This document shows, piece after piece, positions 1 to 9,323 of a stretch of DNA of 64,000 nucleotides. Each line of letters starts with the position of its first letter. Position 1 is the first letter of the stretch. The notes under the pieces were generated by a model, which worked only from the letters and a program-made list of their open reading frames with translations, was not told the DNA's origin and ran no database searches. Origin of the DNA: Candidatus Limiplasma sp. (GTDB lineage: Bacteria; Bacillota; Clostridia; Christensenellales; Aristaeellaceae); NCBI GenBank assembly GCA_963678055.1, contig OY782679.1, positions 1,064,717 through 1,128,716 on the forward strand, read 5' to 3'. A program made the translations under genes and the position numbers.

Positions 1-185
1 GACAGGTGTGTACCTTCAACTTTTTCGCAGGTCAGCACGCGGCCGACGACAACATTCTGGATTTCCGCACCGGGGCGTTCAATGCCTTCCACGGCGGTAC
101 CGGTCATAATCATGCGCTGGGCATAGGCCTCGGCGGCGATGGGAATATCAACATAATCCCGGAGTAAACTCATGGGTAATTTCAT
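1..185 (-). CDS. pheT: Phenylalanine--tRNA ligase beta subunit, N-terminal fragment (gene continues past window start)
   Basis: Reverse-strand translation from the ATG at 183-185 reads MKLPMSLLRDYVDIPIAAEAYAQRMIMTGTAVEGIERPGAEIQNVVVGRVLTCEKVEGTHL, a typical PheT N-terminus. It lies 16 nt downstream of the pheS stop. Confidence 0.85.
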   Translation of the reverse strand, partial: MKLPMSLLRDYVDIPIAAEAYAQRMIMTGTAVEGIERPGAEIQNVVVGRVLTCEKVEGTHL

Positions 186-200
186 TCTTGTATCCTCCTC

Positions 201-1223
201 TTAGCGCAGCTGGCCCAGCAGCCGTGCGTCGCCTTCAAACAGCAGCCGCAGATCGGGAATGCCATAGCGGCCCATAGCAATGCGATCCAGCCCGATGCCA
301 AAAGCGAAGCCGGAATATTTCGTACTGTCGATGCCGCACATTTCAAGCACCTTGGGGTTGACCATGCCGGAGCCTAAAATTTCAATCCAGCCTGTGCCTT
401 TGCATACTTTGCAGCCGGTGCCTTTACACGCTGAACAGGTCAAGTCGACTTCAGCGCTTGGCTCGGTGAAGGGGAAGAAGCTCGGGCGGAAACGGATGTT
501 GACATCCTGCCCGAATACGTGCTTGGCAAACGCCGTAAGCGTGCCACGCAGATCCGCCATGGAGATATGCTCGTCAACAACCAGCCCTTCCATTTGATGG
601 AATACGGGGCTGTGGGTAGCGTCCAGCTCGTCGGCGCGATATACGCGGCCCGGGCAGATGATGCGAATTGGCGGCTTTTGGCTGAGCATAACGCGCGCCT
701 GCATGGGGCTGGTGTGGGTACGCAGCACTACGTTATCGTCGATGTACAGGGTATCCTGCGCATCGCGGGCGGGGTGGTTTTTGGGGATGTTCATCAGTTC
801 GAAGTTATAATAATCCAGCTCAATCTCCGGCCCCTGCATGACCTCAAACCCCATGCCGGTGAAGCATTCGATCATCTCGTTCATCACCAGGGTAATCGGG
901 TGCGCCGTGCCGCGTTTGGGCAGGGTGCGGGGCTCGGTTACGTCAATCGACTCAAGCTTCAGTGCCTGGTCGCGCTCTGCTTGCTTAAGCTGGTCGGCAC
1001 GTTTGTCAATCAGCTCTTGCAATTCTTTTCGGACTTCGTTGATCGCCGCGCCCATCTTCGGCCGCTGCTCCTGTGGCAGTTTGCCCAGCGATTTGAGCAG
1101 TGCCGTCAGCTCGCCTTTTTTACCGAGCACTTTCACCACCAGGGCATCAAGGTTTGCGGTGCTTAGCACCGTTTCCAGATCAGCCATCACCTGGGATTTG
1201 ATCTGATTTAAGATTTCCAGCAT
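201..1223 (-). CDS. pheS: Phenylalanine--tRNA ligase alpha subunit
   Basis: 340-aa ORF with class II aaRS motifs (RTHTSPMQAR, FRPSFFPFTEPSAEVD, GFAFGIGLDRIAM). It is followed by pheT and preceded by a T-box leader. Confidence 0.95.
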   Translation of the reverse strand: MLEILNQIKSQVMADLETVLSTANLDALVVKVLGKKGELTALLKSLGKLPQEQRPKMGAAINEVRKELQELIDKRADQLKQAERDQALKLESIDVTEPRTLPKRGTAHPITLVMNEMIECFTGMGFEVMQGPEIELDYYNFELMNIPKNHPARDAQDTLYIDDNVVLRTHTSPMQARVMLSQKPPIRIICPGRVYRADELDATHSPVFHQMEGLVVDEHISMADLRGTLTAFAKHVFGQDVNIRFRPSFFPFTEPSAEVDLTCSACKGTGCKVCKGTGWIEILGSGMVNPKVLEMCGIDSTKYSGFAFGIGLDRIAMGRYGIPDLRLLFEGDARLLGQLR

Positions 1224-1240
1224 ACGGTTTGCCTCCCATC

Positions 1241-1527
1241 AAAAAAGCCTTCGCCCATGCGTTTGCATGGGACGAAGGCATAATGCCGCGTTGTACCACC
1301 CATCTTCCATCTCCATAAACGTGTGTTACGGAAATGCTCTCGCTTGATCACGGGGTGTGCTGATCCCCGGCTTCGCCTACTGGAATTCGTTCAGCGAAGC
1401 GACTCTGGAGGGAATGCTCCGTCTGCGGAATGGAAAGCTTTCAGCGTATGCTATCCTCTCTGAAAACCGCGTTGATACGGGCTTTGGTCTCCGTCATCGT
1501 CATTATGTCCCGGAAAGGATCCAAGAC
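1241..1527 (-). promoter_or_regulatory. T-box leader (tRNA-sensing transcription attenuator) of pheST, probable Phe specifier
   Basis: The reverse strand carries the conserved T-box sequence AAGATGGGTGGTACAACGCGG (plus coords about 1281-1301). A terminator follows immediately (GCCTTCGTCCCATGC-AAAC-GCATGGGCGAAGGC + TTTTTT, plus 1241-1279). An AGAGA bulge motif (CAGAGAG) and a GCTGAAAGC distal loop lie upstream. UUC triplets occur in the candidate specifier region (GCAUUCCCUCC), but I could not fold Stem I unambiguously. Confidence 0.8.
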
Positions 1528-1533
1528 AAGTAT

Positions 1534-1562
1534 AGTATAGCATGGGGAAATCGGAGTTTCAA
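1534..1562 (-). promoter_or_regulatory. Sigma-A type promoter for the pheST T-box leader
   Basis: Reverse strand reads TTGAAA - 17 nt - TATACT (plus coords 1557-1562 and 1534-1539). Confidence 0.6.
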
Positions 1563-1575
1563 GAGCACCTGGTGA

Positions 1576-2001
1576 TTATTGTTCGTCGGGTTCTTCCAGG
1601 GCTTGCGCAGAAGTTTCTTCATTAACGGCTTGGGCAGGCACATCCTCTGCGGATGTAGCAGGTGGCTCCACTTCTGCGATCACGGAAGATGTACTTTCCA
1701 GCCGCTCGCGAATGACGCGGCTATTGTCCGCCATGTCGCCAAACGCCCGAAGTAAAAGTGCCCATAGCCATGAGGACAGCGACCCGAAAATCATCACCAG
1801 CAATCCGGTTGCAATAAAGCGTCCGCCGTGCATCATGCCGGTTCTGTACAGATAGGCCGAGTTATAGTAGCTGATCCGGAGCGGACCGCTGATCGAACCG
1901 CGCACGATGATAAAAATACCTGCAATCACCGACAGCGCTATGCCTGCGATCAGGATAATTTGCGCCGCAAGCGCGATTTTCTTTCCTGCATTATGTAACA
2001 T
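1576..2001 (-). CDS. Small membrane protein of unknown function with acidic C-terminal tail
   Basis: I prefer the ATG at 2001 (MLHNAGKKIALAAQIILIAG...), which has a GGAGGG Shine-Dalgarno 7 nt upstream, over the longer tracked ORF. Hydrophobic stretches suggest about 3-4 TM segments. The tail is E/D/P/A-rich. I recognise no family. Confidence 0.55.
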   Translation of the reverse strand: MLHNAGKKIALAAQIILIAGIALSVIAGIFIIVRGSISGPLRISYYNSAYLYRTGMMHGGRFIATGLLVMIFGSLSSWLWALLLRAFGDMADNSRVIRERLESTSSVIAEVEPPATSAEDVPAQAVNEETSAQALEEPDEQ

Positions 2002-2223
2002 ATACTTTCCCTCCTCAAAAAGGATACAAGTCATATGGTTTTGTTACATATATAGTATAAACACGTTTCCGGGCAATAAATTAACGATTTGTAAACAATC
2101 GTGTACTATATTGTACCGATGGTGTGGTATAATGGCAGAAAATACTGGGAAATAGTCAGTGGAAAGATCGTTATATCCTGCGTAATAGCAACACATATTC
2201 AGAGAATTAAGGAGAACAGCAGA

Positions 2224-4383
2224 ATGAAGAAAACATTAGTCATAGCGGCGCTCGTGATTGCGGGATTGGTTTTATTCGTTGGCTGCGCGGCAGCGGAAAC
2301 GGTCATCAGTTCCATTCTGGTTGATTATCAGCAGACATTTGCTGAAAGTAAAAACGACCTGGCGGCAAACAACGGGCAGAATATTGTGCTTGGCGATGGA
2401 AATGGCAGCACGAAAGTGGTAAACGAAGGGCTCATGCTGACCGCACCGGAAAACGAAAACCCGATGTTCAATCTGGTCAGGCGGCTGGATGAAGTAGAGG
2501 GTACGATGGATGGAAACCAGGCGCTTCACATCCGGTTCAAGTCCTCGACAAAGGATTTCGGCATCATGCTGTTTGCACAGGGCAGCGCAGGCATCACGAT
2601 CGGCGAAAATAACGAGCCACTGGCGTTTGTAAACTTTGGCGAATACATGGAGCCGTTAAGCGGACATCTGTTCCTGCAACCCGGCAAATGGTACCATGCG
2701 CTGCTTGCTATGCGCTGGGATGGAGTGATGCAGGTTGCGATCTGGCTGGAAGAGGAACAAAGCAATCTGGCTGGTGGGTATGTGGATATCGGTTCGGCGT
2801 TTGGCAAAGGCGTGTTTGAAAACCAATCATGGGAAGCAAGCCTGGGCGTACAGGGGAATGCGACCTTTATCATCAGCAACTATGAGTATTTGACGTTTTC
2901 CAACTTCGTAATGGATTACCGGTCGCTTGATTTGGGCGCAAACCAATCCAATACAAACCAATCCAACGCAAATCAAACTGACGCAAACCAAAAAAGCGAT
3001 ACGCAAATGGATATAGACTACGGTCCCTCTTGGACGTTCGATATTGCCGACGGCTTCGACGTCATGAGTGATACGGTGTGGATGGATGTTGAGCTCCAGC
3101 ATATTGAGGCTGCGGGGGATACCTTTATGGGATATAACCTTGCCGACCTGATGAATTACTCGGGTAACGGATGGGACATGGCAACAGTGACGTTCAGAAA
3201 CGATAATGCAAAAAGCGTAATCGTGCGAAGGACCTATGAGGCGTTTGTCGTATACCAGCGCAACGGAGAGTTTTTGGGCGATCCGTACCTGCTGTCCGAT
3301 GATGGGCTGTCTGAATACCCTATTGCACAGGTATTTCGCTTTTTCGCCATTCCCTGGGAAGAAGCGTGCGTGATCAGCACTGTAATAGCGAACTGGCAAT
3401 CGACGTATGACGTATTAACGCAGGATCTGATTGCTGATAACGGAGTGAGCTTCAACCTGGATGACCCGGATAACCATCATGTCATCATATCGACTTCGGA
3501 TGAAGGGGTTAGCTTCGAAGCGGAAGGAATGTCCAATCCGCAGATGGCCTTTGAACACCGGTTGACTGTTGAAGGAACTAAGGACCACAAGCAGGCGGCA
3601 CATGTCATGTTCAAACCGTCGGGAACGAATTTCAATTTTTCGTTATGGGCGAATTTCGGCCTGTGGATTGAAATCGGCGATCAGAATGAACCGTACCTTA
3701 GCTTATTGGAAAAAAATTATCAACAAGCATTTGATGGTGATTTCCGCGTGGAACCGGGTATGTGGCACCATCTATTTGTTGCGGTGAATCCGGACGGTGT
3801 GCTGCAAGCTGCGATGTGGAAAGACGGGGAGGAAGACAATGTTGCCTATCTGAATCTGGATATGTTCCAATCGTTCAACGAACCAAACTATCGGTCCGAG
3901 TCGTGGCAGCTTTGCCTGAGCGTTGCACAACAAGAAACAATGACGCTCGCCAGCTATGAGTACATCACTTTTGAAGAATTTGCGACCGAAGGCAAAGTCA
4001 TTGAAGCAGCCAACGATGACTCGCAAGACAATGGGGAATGGGTAGAGCCCAGGGACTTCGGTCCGGCATGGACGATGAATATCGCAGACAATTACGAGCT
4101 TGCCTACGATACGATTTGGGATGTGATGGAGCCGCAGGTTGTAACAACAGGCAACGGGGACGAATACATGGGATACGTGCTCAAGGATTTACTGAATATT
4201 TCTAATAACGGAAGCAATGTGGCAACCGTTTGGTTTGGTGAAGACGGACAGAACAATACCCTAATTAATCCGACATACGATGCGTATGTTGTGTTGATGA
4301 AAGAGGGAGAGTGGATGGGCGCTCCGTATCTGATTACGATTGACGGGGTATGGCCCGACCCGATAACAAACGTGTATCCGTAA
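2224..4383 (+). CDS. Secreted/lipoprotein of unknown function with internal (A-B)x2 duplication; module A resembles a ConA/LamG-like jelly roll
   Basis: Start chosen at MKKTLVIAALVIAGLVLFVGCAA (AAGGAG 8 nt upstream; signal peptide with lipobox-like VGC). Two colinear copies are visible: module A (NEGLMLTAPENENPMFN...PGKWYHALLAMRWDGVMQVAIW...NYEYLTFSNF versus EAEGMSNPQMAFE...EPGMWHHLFVAVNPDGVLQAAMW...SYEYITFEEF) and module B (DYGPSWTFDIADGFD...TFMGYNLADLMNYSGNGW... versus DFGPAWTMNIADNYE...EYMGYVLKDLLNISNNGS...). Confidence 0.75.
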   Translation: MKKTLVIAALVIAGLVLFVGCAAAETVISSILVDYQQTFAESKNDLAANNGQNIVLGDGNGSTKVVNEGLMLTAPENENPMFNLVRRLDEVEGTMDGNQALHIRFKSSTKDFGIMLFAQGSAGITIGENNEPLAFVNFGEYMEPLSGHLFLQPGKWYHALLAMRWDGVMQVAIWLEEEQSNLAGGYVDIGSAFGKGVFENQSWEASLGVQGNATFIISNYEYLTFSNFVMDYRSLDLGANQSNTNQSNANQTDANQKSDTQMDIDYGPSWTFDIADGFDVMSDTVWMDVELQHIEAAGDTFMGYNLADLMNYSGNGWDMATVTFRNDNAKSVIVRRTYEAFVVYQRNGEFLGDPYLLSDDGLSEYPIAQVFRFFAIPWEEACVISTVIANWQSTYDVLTQDLIADNGVSFNLDDPDNHHVIISTSDEGVSFEAEGMSNPQMAFEHRLTVEGTKDHKQAAHVMFKPSGTNFNFSLWANFGLWIEIGDQNEPYLSLLEKNYQQAFDGDFRVEPGMWHHLFVAVNPDGVLQAAMWKDGEEDNVAYLNLDMFQSFNEPNYRSESWQLCLSVAQQETMTLASYEYITFEEFATEGKVIEAANDDSQDNGEWVEPRDFGPAWTMNIADNYELAYDTIWDVMEPQVVTTGNGDEYMGYVLKDLLNISNNGSNVATVWFGEDGQNNTLINPTYDAYVVLMKEGEWMGAPYLITIDGVWPDPITNVYP
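2938..2997 (+). repeat. 4 x 15-nt in-frame tandem repeat encoding an N/Q/S/T linker
   Basis: The units are gcaaaccaatccaat / acaaaccaatccaac / gcaaatcaaactgac / gcaaaccaaaaaagc. They encode ANQSN TNQSN ANQTD ANQKS between module A1 and module B1 of the lipoprotein. Confidence 0.85.
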
Positions 4384-4406
4384 CCGGGAAAGTAAGACGA
4401 GAAAAA

Positions 4407-4433
4407 CGGACTGCAAAGCTGCAGTCCGTTTTT
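4407..4433 (+). terminator. Rho-independent terminator of the lipoprotein gene
   Basis: CGGACTGCA-aagc-TGCAGTCCG followed by TTTTT. Confidence 0.85.
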
Positions 4434-4442
4434 CATACATGT

Positions 4443-4808
4443 GGTAAGCGCGGTCGTAAGCCGAGTTCTGTCGTTGAACGATCATCTGTCTGCCCGCAGT
4501 GTTACCACTGCGGTGTAGCGATCACTTTAGAGGCCCGGCGGGCCGCCGCATTGCCTCAGATCGGATCTTGCATCAGGTGGGGTTTACATCGCGCCTCCGT
4601 CGCCGGGGCGCGGGTGAGCTCTTACCTCGCCTTTCCATCCTTACCTTAAACGCATAGATTCCCCCGAAGGTGAACCCGGCGTTTAGGGCGGTTTGTTTCT
4701 GTTGCACTTTCCTTGAAGTCGCCTTCACCGGCCGTTAACCGGCACCCTGCCCTGTGATGCTCGGACTTTCCTCATGGCACGCCATGCAATCGTTTAGCCG
4801 CCTTACCA
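4443..4808 (-). ncRNA. rnpB: RNase P RNA (bacterial type-A-like)
   Basis: The reverse strand contains the universally conserved blocks GAGGAAAGTCCGAGC (plus about 4759-4773), GGGCAGGGTGCCGG, AAGTGCAACAGAAA, GGTAAGAGCTCACC and the 3' ACAGAACTCGGCTTAC. The 5' GGTAAGGCGG can pair with the 3' CCGCGCTTACC as P1. The ends are approximate (+/- 5 nt). Confidence 0.88.
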
Positions 4809-4817
4809 TGCATGGGC

Positions 4818-4846
4818 AGAATAGCATTTTCCGGTGCCGGTGTCAA
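4818..4846 (-). promoter_or_regulatory. Sigma-A type promoter of rnpB
   Basis: Reverse strand reads TTGACA - 17 nt - TATTCT. This places the start site about 4810, matching the predicted P1 5' end. Confidence 0.6.
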
Positions 4847-4873
4847 TCGGCTGGTATCCGGCCATGACACGCC

Positions 4874-4901
4874 TTGACGCACCCGTAAAACAACGTATAA
4901 T
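4874..4901 (+). promoter_or_regulatory. Sigma-A type promoter of the DUF1680-like/dus operon
   Basis: TTGACG (4874-4879) - 16 nt - TATAAT (4896-4901), about 40 nt upstream of the ATG at 4944. Confidence 0.65.
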
Positions 4902-4943
4902 ATGGTAGTAAGCAAAGTAAAGAAATCATGAGGAAACCGTCTG

Positions 4944-6602
4944 ATGCCAAGTTATCAACAATATTGCCGCCCGCCGCTGGTGGATCCAGCGTATGTCGCA
5001 TTGCCGGATGCTGCCGTACACGCAGAAGGCAGCCTGCGCACACTGACGGACAAGGTGCTGAATCTGACCAATCCGGATGCCGTTTTACCGCTGGACGCCG
5101 TGCTTGCTTCCAAGCTTGGCGAGTATACCACGCTGCCCCCGCTTCCGCCGATCAAAGAACTGGCCGATACGCTGCCTGAAAGCCTGCCGGCGTTTGTTCC
5201 GGCGCTGCGTGCGGCAATCATGACCGCCGTAGCGGATAAGGATAAGGAAGCGCTGGTCAAATGTCTGCAGGCGATGAAAGCTCTAGCGGCAAAACTGCCG
5301 GACATCGGTGAATATGCGCTGATGCCCGTGGCTGCAGATGCTATGCGCTGCGCCCAGGAGCTGTTTCGGCGCACGGGACAGAATTTTTTATTGGATATTA
5401 TGGAAATGATCCGCTCGCAGGTGCCGGATGTGGCGGGCTTGTTTCACTCATTTCCGTTTTTAAAGGCCTTTACCCCGGAGCCGGTGCCAGACGATGCCAA
5501 GGATGATACATCAAAATATTTCCGCCGGATGAAAATGCTGGGAACCGGCAAGATGATCGCCGATGCCCTGGCGCTGACGGCGCTGTTTGCCATGTATTCC
5601 GGCTCTGCGCGGGATGCAAGCGCCTCTCAAGCGGGCCTTAACTCGCTGGATCGCTTCCACGGCATGCCTAGCGGCATTTTTACCGCCCAGCCCTACCTGG
5701 CCGGGCGCGAGCCTTCTGCTGCAACGGATTTGCCAACCATATGTGCAACGCTGGAAGCCCTGCACGATTTGCTGGCAGCCGGCGGCGAGCTGGCCGTGGC
5801 CGAGCGTATGGAGCGTATCGTAGACAATGCATTTGCCAATATCTTTGCCAAGGACGGCGTATATAAGCTGCAGCCCGTAAACCGCGAAGCCAACGAAGCC
5901 AGCTGCGTGGCCGACCCGCCAAGCCGCGCCGAGGTGGGATTGCTTTTGCGCGCCATGACCTCGGTGCGCCGCTCCGTATGGATGGTCAAGGGCGAAACGG
6001 AACTTTCCATGCTGCTGCCGTATGACAGCGTATGCCTGACCCGCATGAACGGCGTGCCGGTGCGCGTGGCTATGAGCACCAACGCAGACGGCAATCTTGT
6101 GTTTAAGGTAGAGGCCAAAAAACCTGTGGTATTTGCCCTCTCCATTCGTATTCCGGGCTATGCCGACAGCGCCCGTATCTCCGTCAGCGGAGACAAACCC
6201 AAGGTGGTGGAGTGCGGCACGATGTATACGGTCAAGCGCACGTTTGCTTCCGGCGACCGGATTGTGCTGGACTTAAGCTGCAAGCCCTACAGCAAAACCG
6301 GGCACCGCAACGCTACGAGCGTGTTTTATCGTTCCCGCTTGATGGCCCTGCCGCTGCCGGAGGCTGATGATGCCTGGCAGTATGCTCTTAGTGATAGTTT
6401 CAAACCGGTGCTATCAATGGTGGACGGTGCGCCTAGCGTACGCGTGGAGGCCTGCTCGGCTCCCGGCTGGACTGTGAAGGATGGCCGCATCCCCTCGCCG
6501 CCGCAGGGATTGCGCATGGGCGATGCCTACGAGCTGACCCTACTGCCCTACAGCGATACCGTTGGCCGGGTGGCAATCTTCCCGCAGGCCAATCATGACT
6601 AA
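4944..6602 (+). CDS. Divergent DUF1680 / GH127-like (beta-L-arabinofuranosidase family) protein, catalytic motifs degenerate
   Basis: 552-aa ORF with a GAGGA SD. The segment PTICATLEALHDLLAAGGELAVAERMERIVDNAF resembles the GH127 ETCA...GD.KYAD..ER.LYN block. EASCVADPPSR sits where GH127 has the CCPPN motif. The C-terminal IRIPGYADSARISVSGDKP...YTVKRTFASGDRIVLDL resembles the family's beta-sandwich tail. These motifs are recalled from memory and were not checked by search. Confidence 0.45.
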   Translation: MPSYQQYCRPPLVDPAYVALPDAAVHAEGSLRTLTDKVLNLTNPDAVLPLDAVLASKLGEYTTLPPLPPIKELADTLPESLPAFVPALRAAIMTAVADKDKEALVKCLQAMKALAAKLPDIGEYALMPVAADAMRCAQELFRRTGQNFLLDIMEMIRSQVPDVAGLFHSFPFLKAFTPEPVPDDAKDDTSKYFRRMKMLGTGKMIADALALTALFAMYSGSARDASASQAGLNSLDRFHGMPSGIFTAQPYLAGREPSAATDLPTICATLEALHDLLAAGGELAVAERMERIVDNAFANIFAKDGVYKLQPVNREANEASCVADPPSRAEVGLLLRAMTSVRRSVWMVKGETELSMLLPYDSVCLTRMNGVPVRVAMSTNADGNLVFKVEAKKPVVFALSIRIPGYADSARISVSGDKPKVVECGTMYTVKRTFASGDRIVLDLSCKPYSKTGHRNATSVFYRSRLMALPLPEADDAWQYALSDSFKPVLSMVDGAPSVRVEACSAPGWTVKDGRIPSPPQGLRMGDAYELTLLPYSDTVGRVAIFPQANHD

Positions 6603-7554
6603 AGCAATCATCGGCACTGCGCCGATGGCTGGTCTTTCGGATCGGGTGACCCGCGGGCTGTGCAGCCGCATGGGTGCGGACTATACCTGTACTGAAATGG
6701 TCAGCGCAATCGGCTGGATGTACGCAAAGGATGATAATCCTGTGTACCATCACCTGATGTCGCTGGCGCCGGAGGAGAACAACACCGCCATTCAGCTGTT
6801 TGGCAAGGACCCGCACGTATTGCAGGAGGCCGCAGCGCGGGCAACGCAGTTGCAGCGCTTTGCCAGCATTGATATCAACATGGGCTGTCCGGCGCGCAAG
6901 GTGACATCCTCAGGCGAAGGCAGTGCGTTGATGAAAACCCCGGCGCTTGCAATCAAGCTAATGGAAGCGGTCAAAGCCGCGACCTATTTGCCGGTTACGG
7001 TGAAAATGCGTCTGGGTTACGACGACCAAAGCTTGACCGCGCTGGAGCTTACCCAGGCCGCCCAGGCAATCGGGCTGCAATGGGTATGCATTCACGGGCG
7101 TACGCGGGAGCAGATGTTTTCCGGTACGGCTGACCGCCAGGCGGTGGCTGCTATCAAGCAGCAGGTACGCATTCCCGTGCTCTATAATGGCGATGTTTTC
7201 TCGGCGGAGGACGCTGTAAGCGCACTGGCGGAAACCGGCTGCGACGGTTTGCTCGTAGGGCGCGGCGCGATGGGCAATCCCTGGCTGTTTCGCGAAATTA
7301 ACGATGCTATGCAAGGCAAACCGGTTCGTAAACCCGATGTTGCCGAGCGACTGCAGGTGATGGAAGAACATATCGACCGACTGAAAGCCTTCAAAGGCGA
7401 AAGGCTTGCCTTGCTGCAAATGCGCACCCATATCGGGCATTATATACGCGGTATTCACGGCGCATCGGACATTCGAAAACACCTGAACACGATTATGACG
7501 ACCCAGGGGCAGAAAGAACTGCTCCGCGATGTACTAACAAAGGAGAGTCCATGA
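6595..7554 (+). CDS. dus: tRNA-dihydrouridine synthase (Dus family, FMN-dependent)
   Basis: MTKAIIGTAPMAGLSDRVTRGLC...IDINMGCPARKVTSSGEGSALM...HGRTREQMFSG...GRGAMGNPWLF. Start taken at the ATG at 6595, which overlaps the upstream stop by 8 nt. Confidence 0.9.
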   Translation: MTKAIIGTAPMAGLSDRVTRGLCSRMGADYTCTEMVSAIGWMYAKDDNPVYHHLMSLAPEENNTAIQLFGKDPHVLQEAAARATQLQRFASIDINMGCPARKVTSSGEGSALMKTPALAIKLMEAVKAATYLPVTVKMRLGYDDQSLTALELTQAAQAIGLQWVCIHGRTREQMFSGTADRQAVAAIKQQVRIPVLYNGDVFSAEDAVSALAETGCDGLLVGRGAMGNPWLFREINDAMQGKPVRKPDVAERLQVMEEHIDRLKAFKGERLALLQMRTHIGHYIRGIHGASDIRKHLNTIMTTQGQKELLRDVLTKESP

Positions 7555-9173
7555 AACGCGCAATCCCGGTGATAGTATTATGCTTCCTTCTATGCCTTAC
7601 AACGGCGGCCACTGCGTCGCTTGCATCTCTGGAAAACGCGCTCGGCCCCGTGTTCCACGGCAAGGGCGCTGTTAAAACCAGCGTGAAACTTACGGTCAAC
7701 ACGCTGATGCCGTTTGATGACATTCGGCTGGACCTCATCAATCGCGTGCTCAAGCATACACAGCTGGATCTGTTTGTTGACGAAACTCCGGACGATGCCG
7801 CTACAGGTTTCAGGCTTACCATGGCCGGAGCCCCGTTGTTTGAAATCACCGAGCGCCATACGGGCGGCGCGTATCTGGTGCAAAGCTCGCTGCTGCCAAA
7901 CCGCATGCTGTTTTCCACCAACGCCTCGCCGATGGATACGCTGCTGGTATCCCAAGAGGAAGTCGAGGTAGTGGACGAGAACAGCAAGGACCCCAATACC
8001 TCCGATGTGGAGGAAGCGTTTGACATGCTTTCGGCTGTAGAGGAGCTAAAACCCCTGTACCAGACTCTAACCGACCAAACCGTACCCCTGACGGAAGAAA
8101 ACAAAGTCCGATATAAGATTGAAGATATCGGCACAGGCCGTTTCAGCTATGTCGCCAAGCTGACAACGGAACAATGCCAAGCCCTGGCACCAGACCTGCG
8201 CAAAGTCATCTCTTGCGGGATGGATGCGGAGTACCGGGAAGAGCTTGCTCAGGTTACCTTTGAGCGCAGGTTTACCGTTGCGCTGTATAAGGATGAGGAC
8301 GGCAATGATATTTGCCTTTACATACGGGGAACGATTCAATATCCCGATGGCGACCGCCGCTCGCTGAAGTGGCAATGGGCGTTTACACCGGACCTTAAAA
8401 CCCAAACCTTTCTCTACCGTGTGTCACGCAATGAAGGCAGGCGGGATACCCGCAATATTGATGCAATTCTGGAGCAAACCCAAAGCGCAGATGCCTATAC
8501 GCTGGCATGTGAAACAACGACTAATCTGCGGCGCGGCGGGCGCAATGAGAAAAGCACCCTGACTATTGATCTGTCCGGCACACCCGGCAGCGCATCCACC
8601 TGCCAGGGCAGCATATCACGCCAAACCGGCGGTACAGACAACAGTAAGGATATGGATAAACGCATTACGGATGTCACCGTGGACTGTAGTTTGCAGGCGG
8701 GGGAGACGAGTGCGCTGCTGACCGGCGATCTAAGCTATCAGCAGACAATCAACCGGAACGTGATCACCGCACTGGATCTTCATTTTGAACAGGCGCCGCA
8801 GCCCGAACAAGGCGACGACGTGGATTCTGAGGTTGCAGATGCCTATCATATGCCAACGGATGCCCCGGTGCCTGATTTGGATGTAGAACCTCTGCTGGAG
8901 GCGCTGGAACATCGGCAGACAGAGGACATGGAGTACCTGGTCGGCTCGCCGCCGATCGGACTGTACGCGTATGACATTCCGGATGAGATCATCAGCGTGA
9001 ACATGGACAACATTCAAACAAGTGTCCATCAAAGCATGTTCAACGAAGCGGGGCAGCGGTTGGCCGGTAATCTGGTGCTTGCCATGCTCAATCTTCCGGC
9101 AGAAGATGCGGGATTGTTAGCCGATGGGATGCAGGAGTCGGACTACGCCATATTCCTTGAAATGCTGGATTAG
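7551..9173 (+). CDS. Secreted protein of unknown function (paralog 1)
   Basis: 540 aa. AAGGAG SD, and the ATG overlaps the dus stop (ATGA). N-terminal signal peptide MKRAIPVIVLCFLLCLTTAATASLA. I recognise no family. It shares local motifs with the next ORF (GAYLVQSSLLPNRMLFSTN versus GALYLQSSLLDDQWYLVSN). Confidence 0.7.
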   Translation: MKRAIPVIVLCFLLCLTTAATASLASLENALGPVFHGKGAVKTSVKLTVNTLMPFDDIRLDLINRVLKHTQLDLFVDETPDDAATGFRLTMAGAPLFEITERHTGGAYLVQSSLLPNRMLFSTNASPMDTLLVSQEEVEVVDENSKDPNTSDVEEAFDMLSAVEELKPLYQTLTDQTVPLTEENKVRYKIEDIGTGRFSYVAKLTTEQCQALAPDLRKVISCGMDAEYREELAQVTFERRFTVALYKDEDGNDICLYIRGTIQYPDGDRRSLKWQWAFTPDLKTQTFLYRVSRNEGRRDTRNIDAILEQTQSADAYTLACETTTNLRRGGRNEKSTLTIDLSGTPGSASTCQGSISRQTGGTDNSKDMDKRITDVTVDCSLQAGETSALLTGDLSYQQTINRNVITALDLHFEQAPQPEQGDDVDSEVADAYHMPTDAPVPDLDVEPLLEALEHRQTEDMEYLVGSPPIGLYAYDIPDEIISVNMDNIQTSVHQSMFNEAGQRLAGNLVLAMLNLPAEDAGLLADGMQESDYAIFLEMLD

Positions 9174-9323
9174 TATGCGTAGATAGACAAGCGGCGCAAA
9201 AAAGGGTAGAATTTCCCAAAGAGAGTATGCCATCACCCACTTTGGGATGGCAGGATGAATATAAACCCGGTCAAGTGCAAAACCGGGAAAGCAGATAGGC
9301 GGCTTGCCGCCGGGAGGAACAGC

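Noticed and set aside
2938-2997. The tandem 15-nt repeats, considered as a possible CRISPR or other repeat array.
   Set aside because: The repeats are contiguous with no spacers, in frame, and inside a CDS. They form a coding low-complexity linker.
4350-4649. A 99-aa plus-strand ORF, together with the 66-aa minus-strand ORF at 4843-5043.
   Set aside because: The first overlaps the RNase P RNA gene, whose conserved blocks explain the region. The second overlaps the rnpB and DUF1680-like promoters. Neither has a ribosome-binding site.
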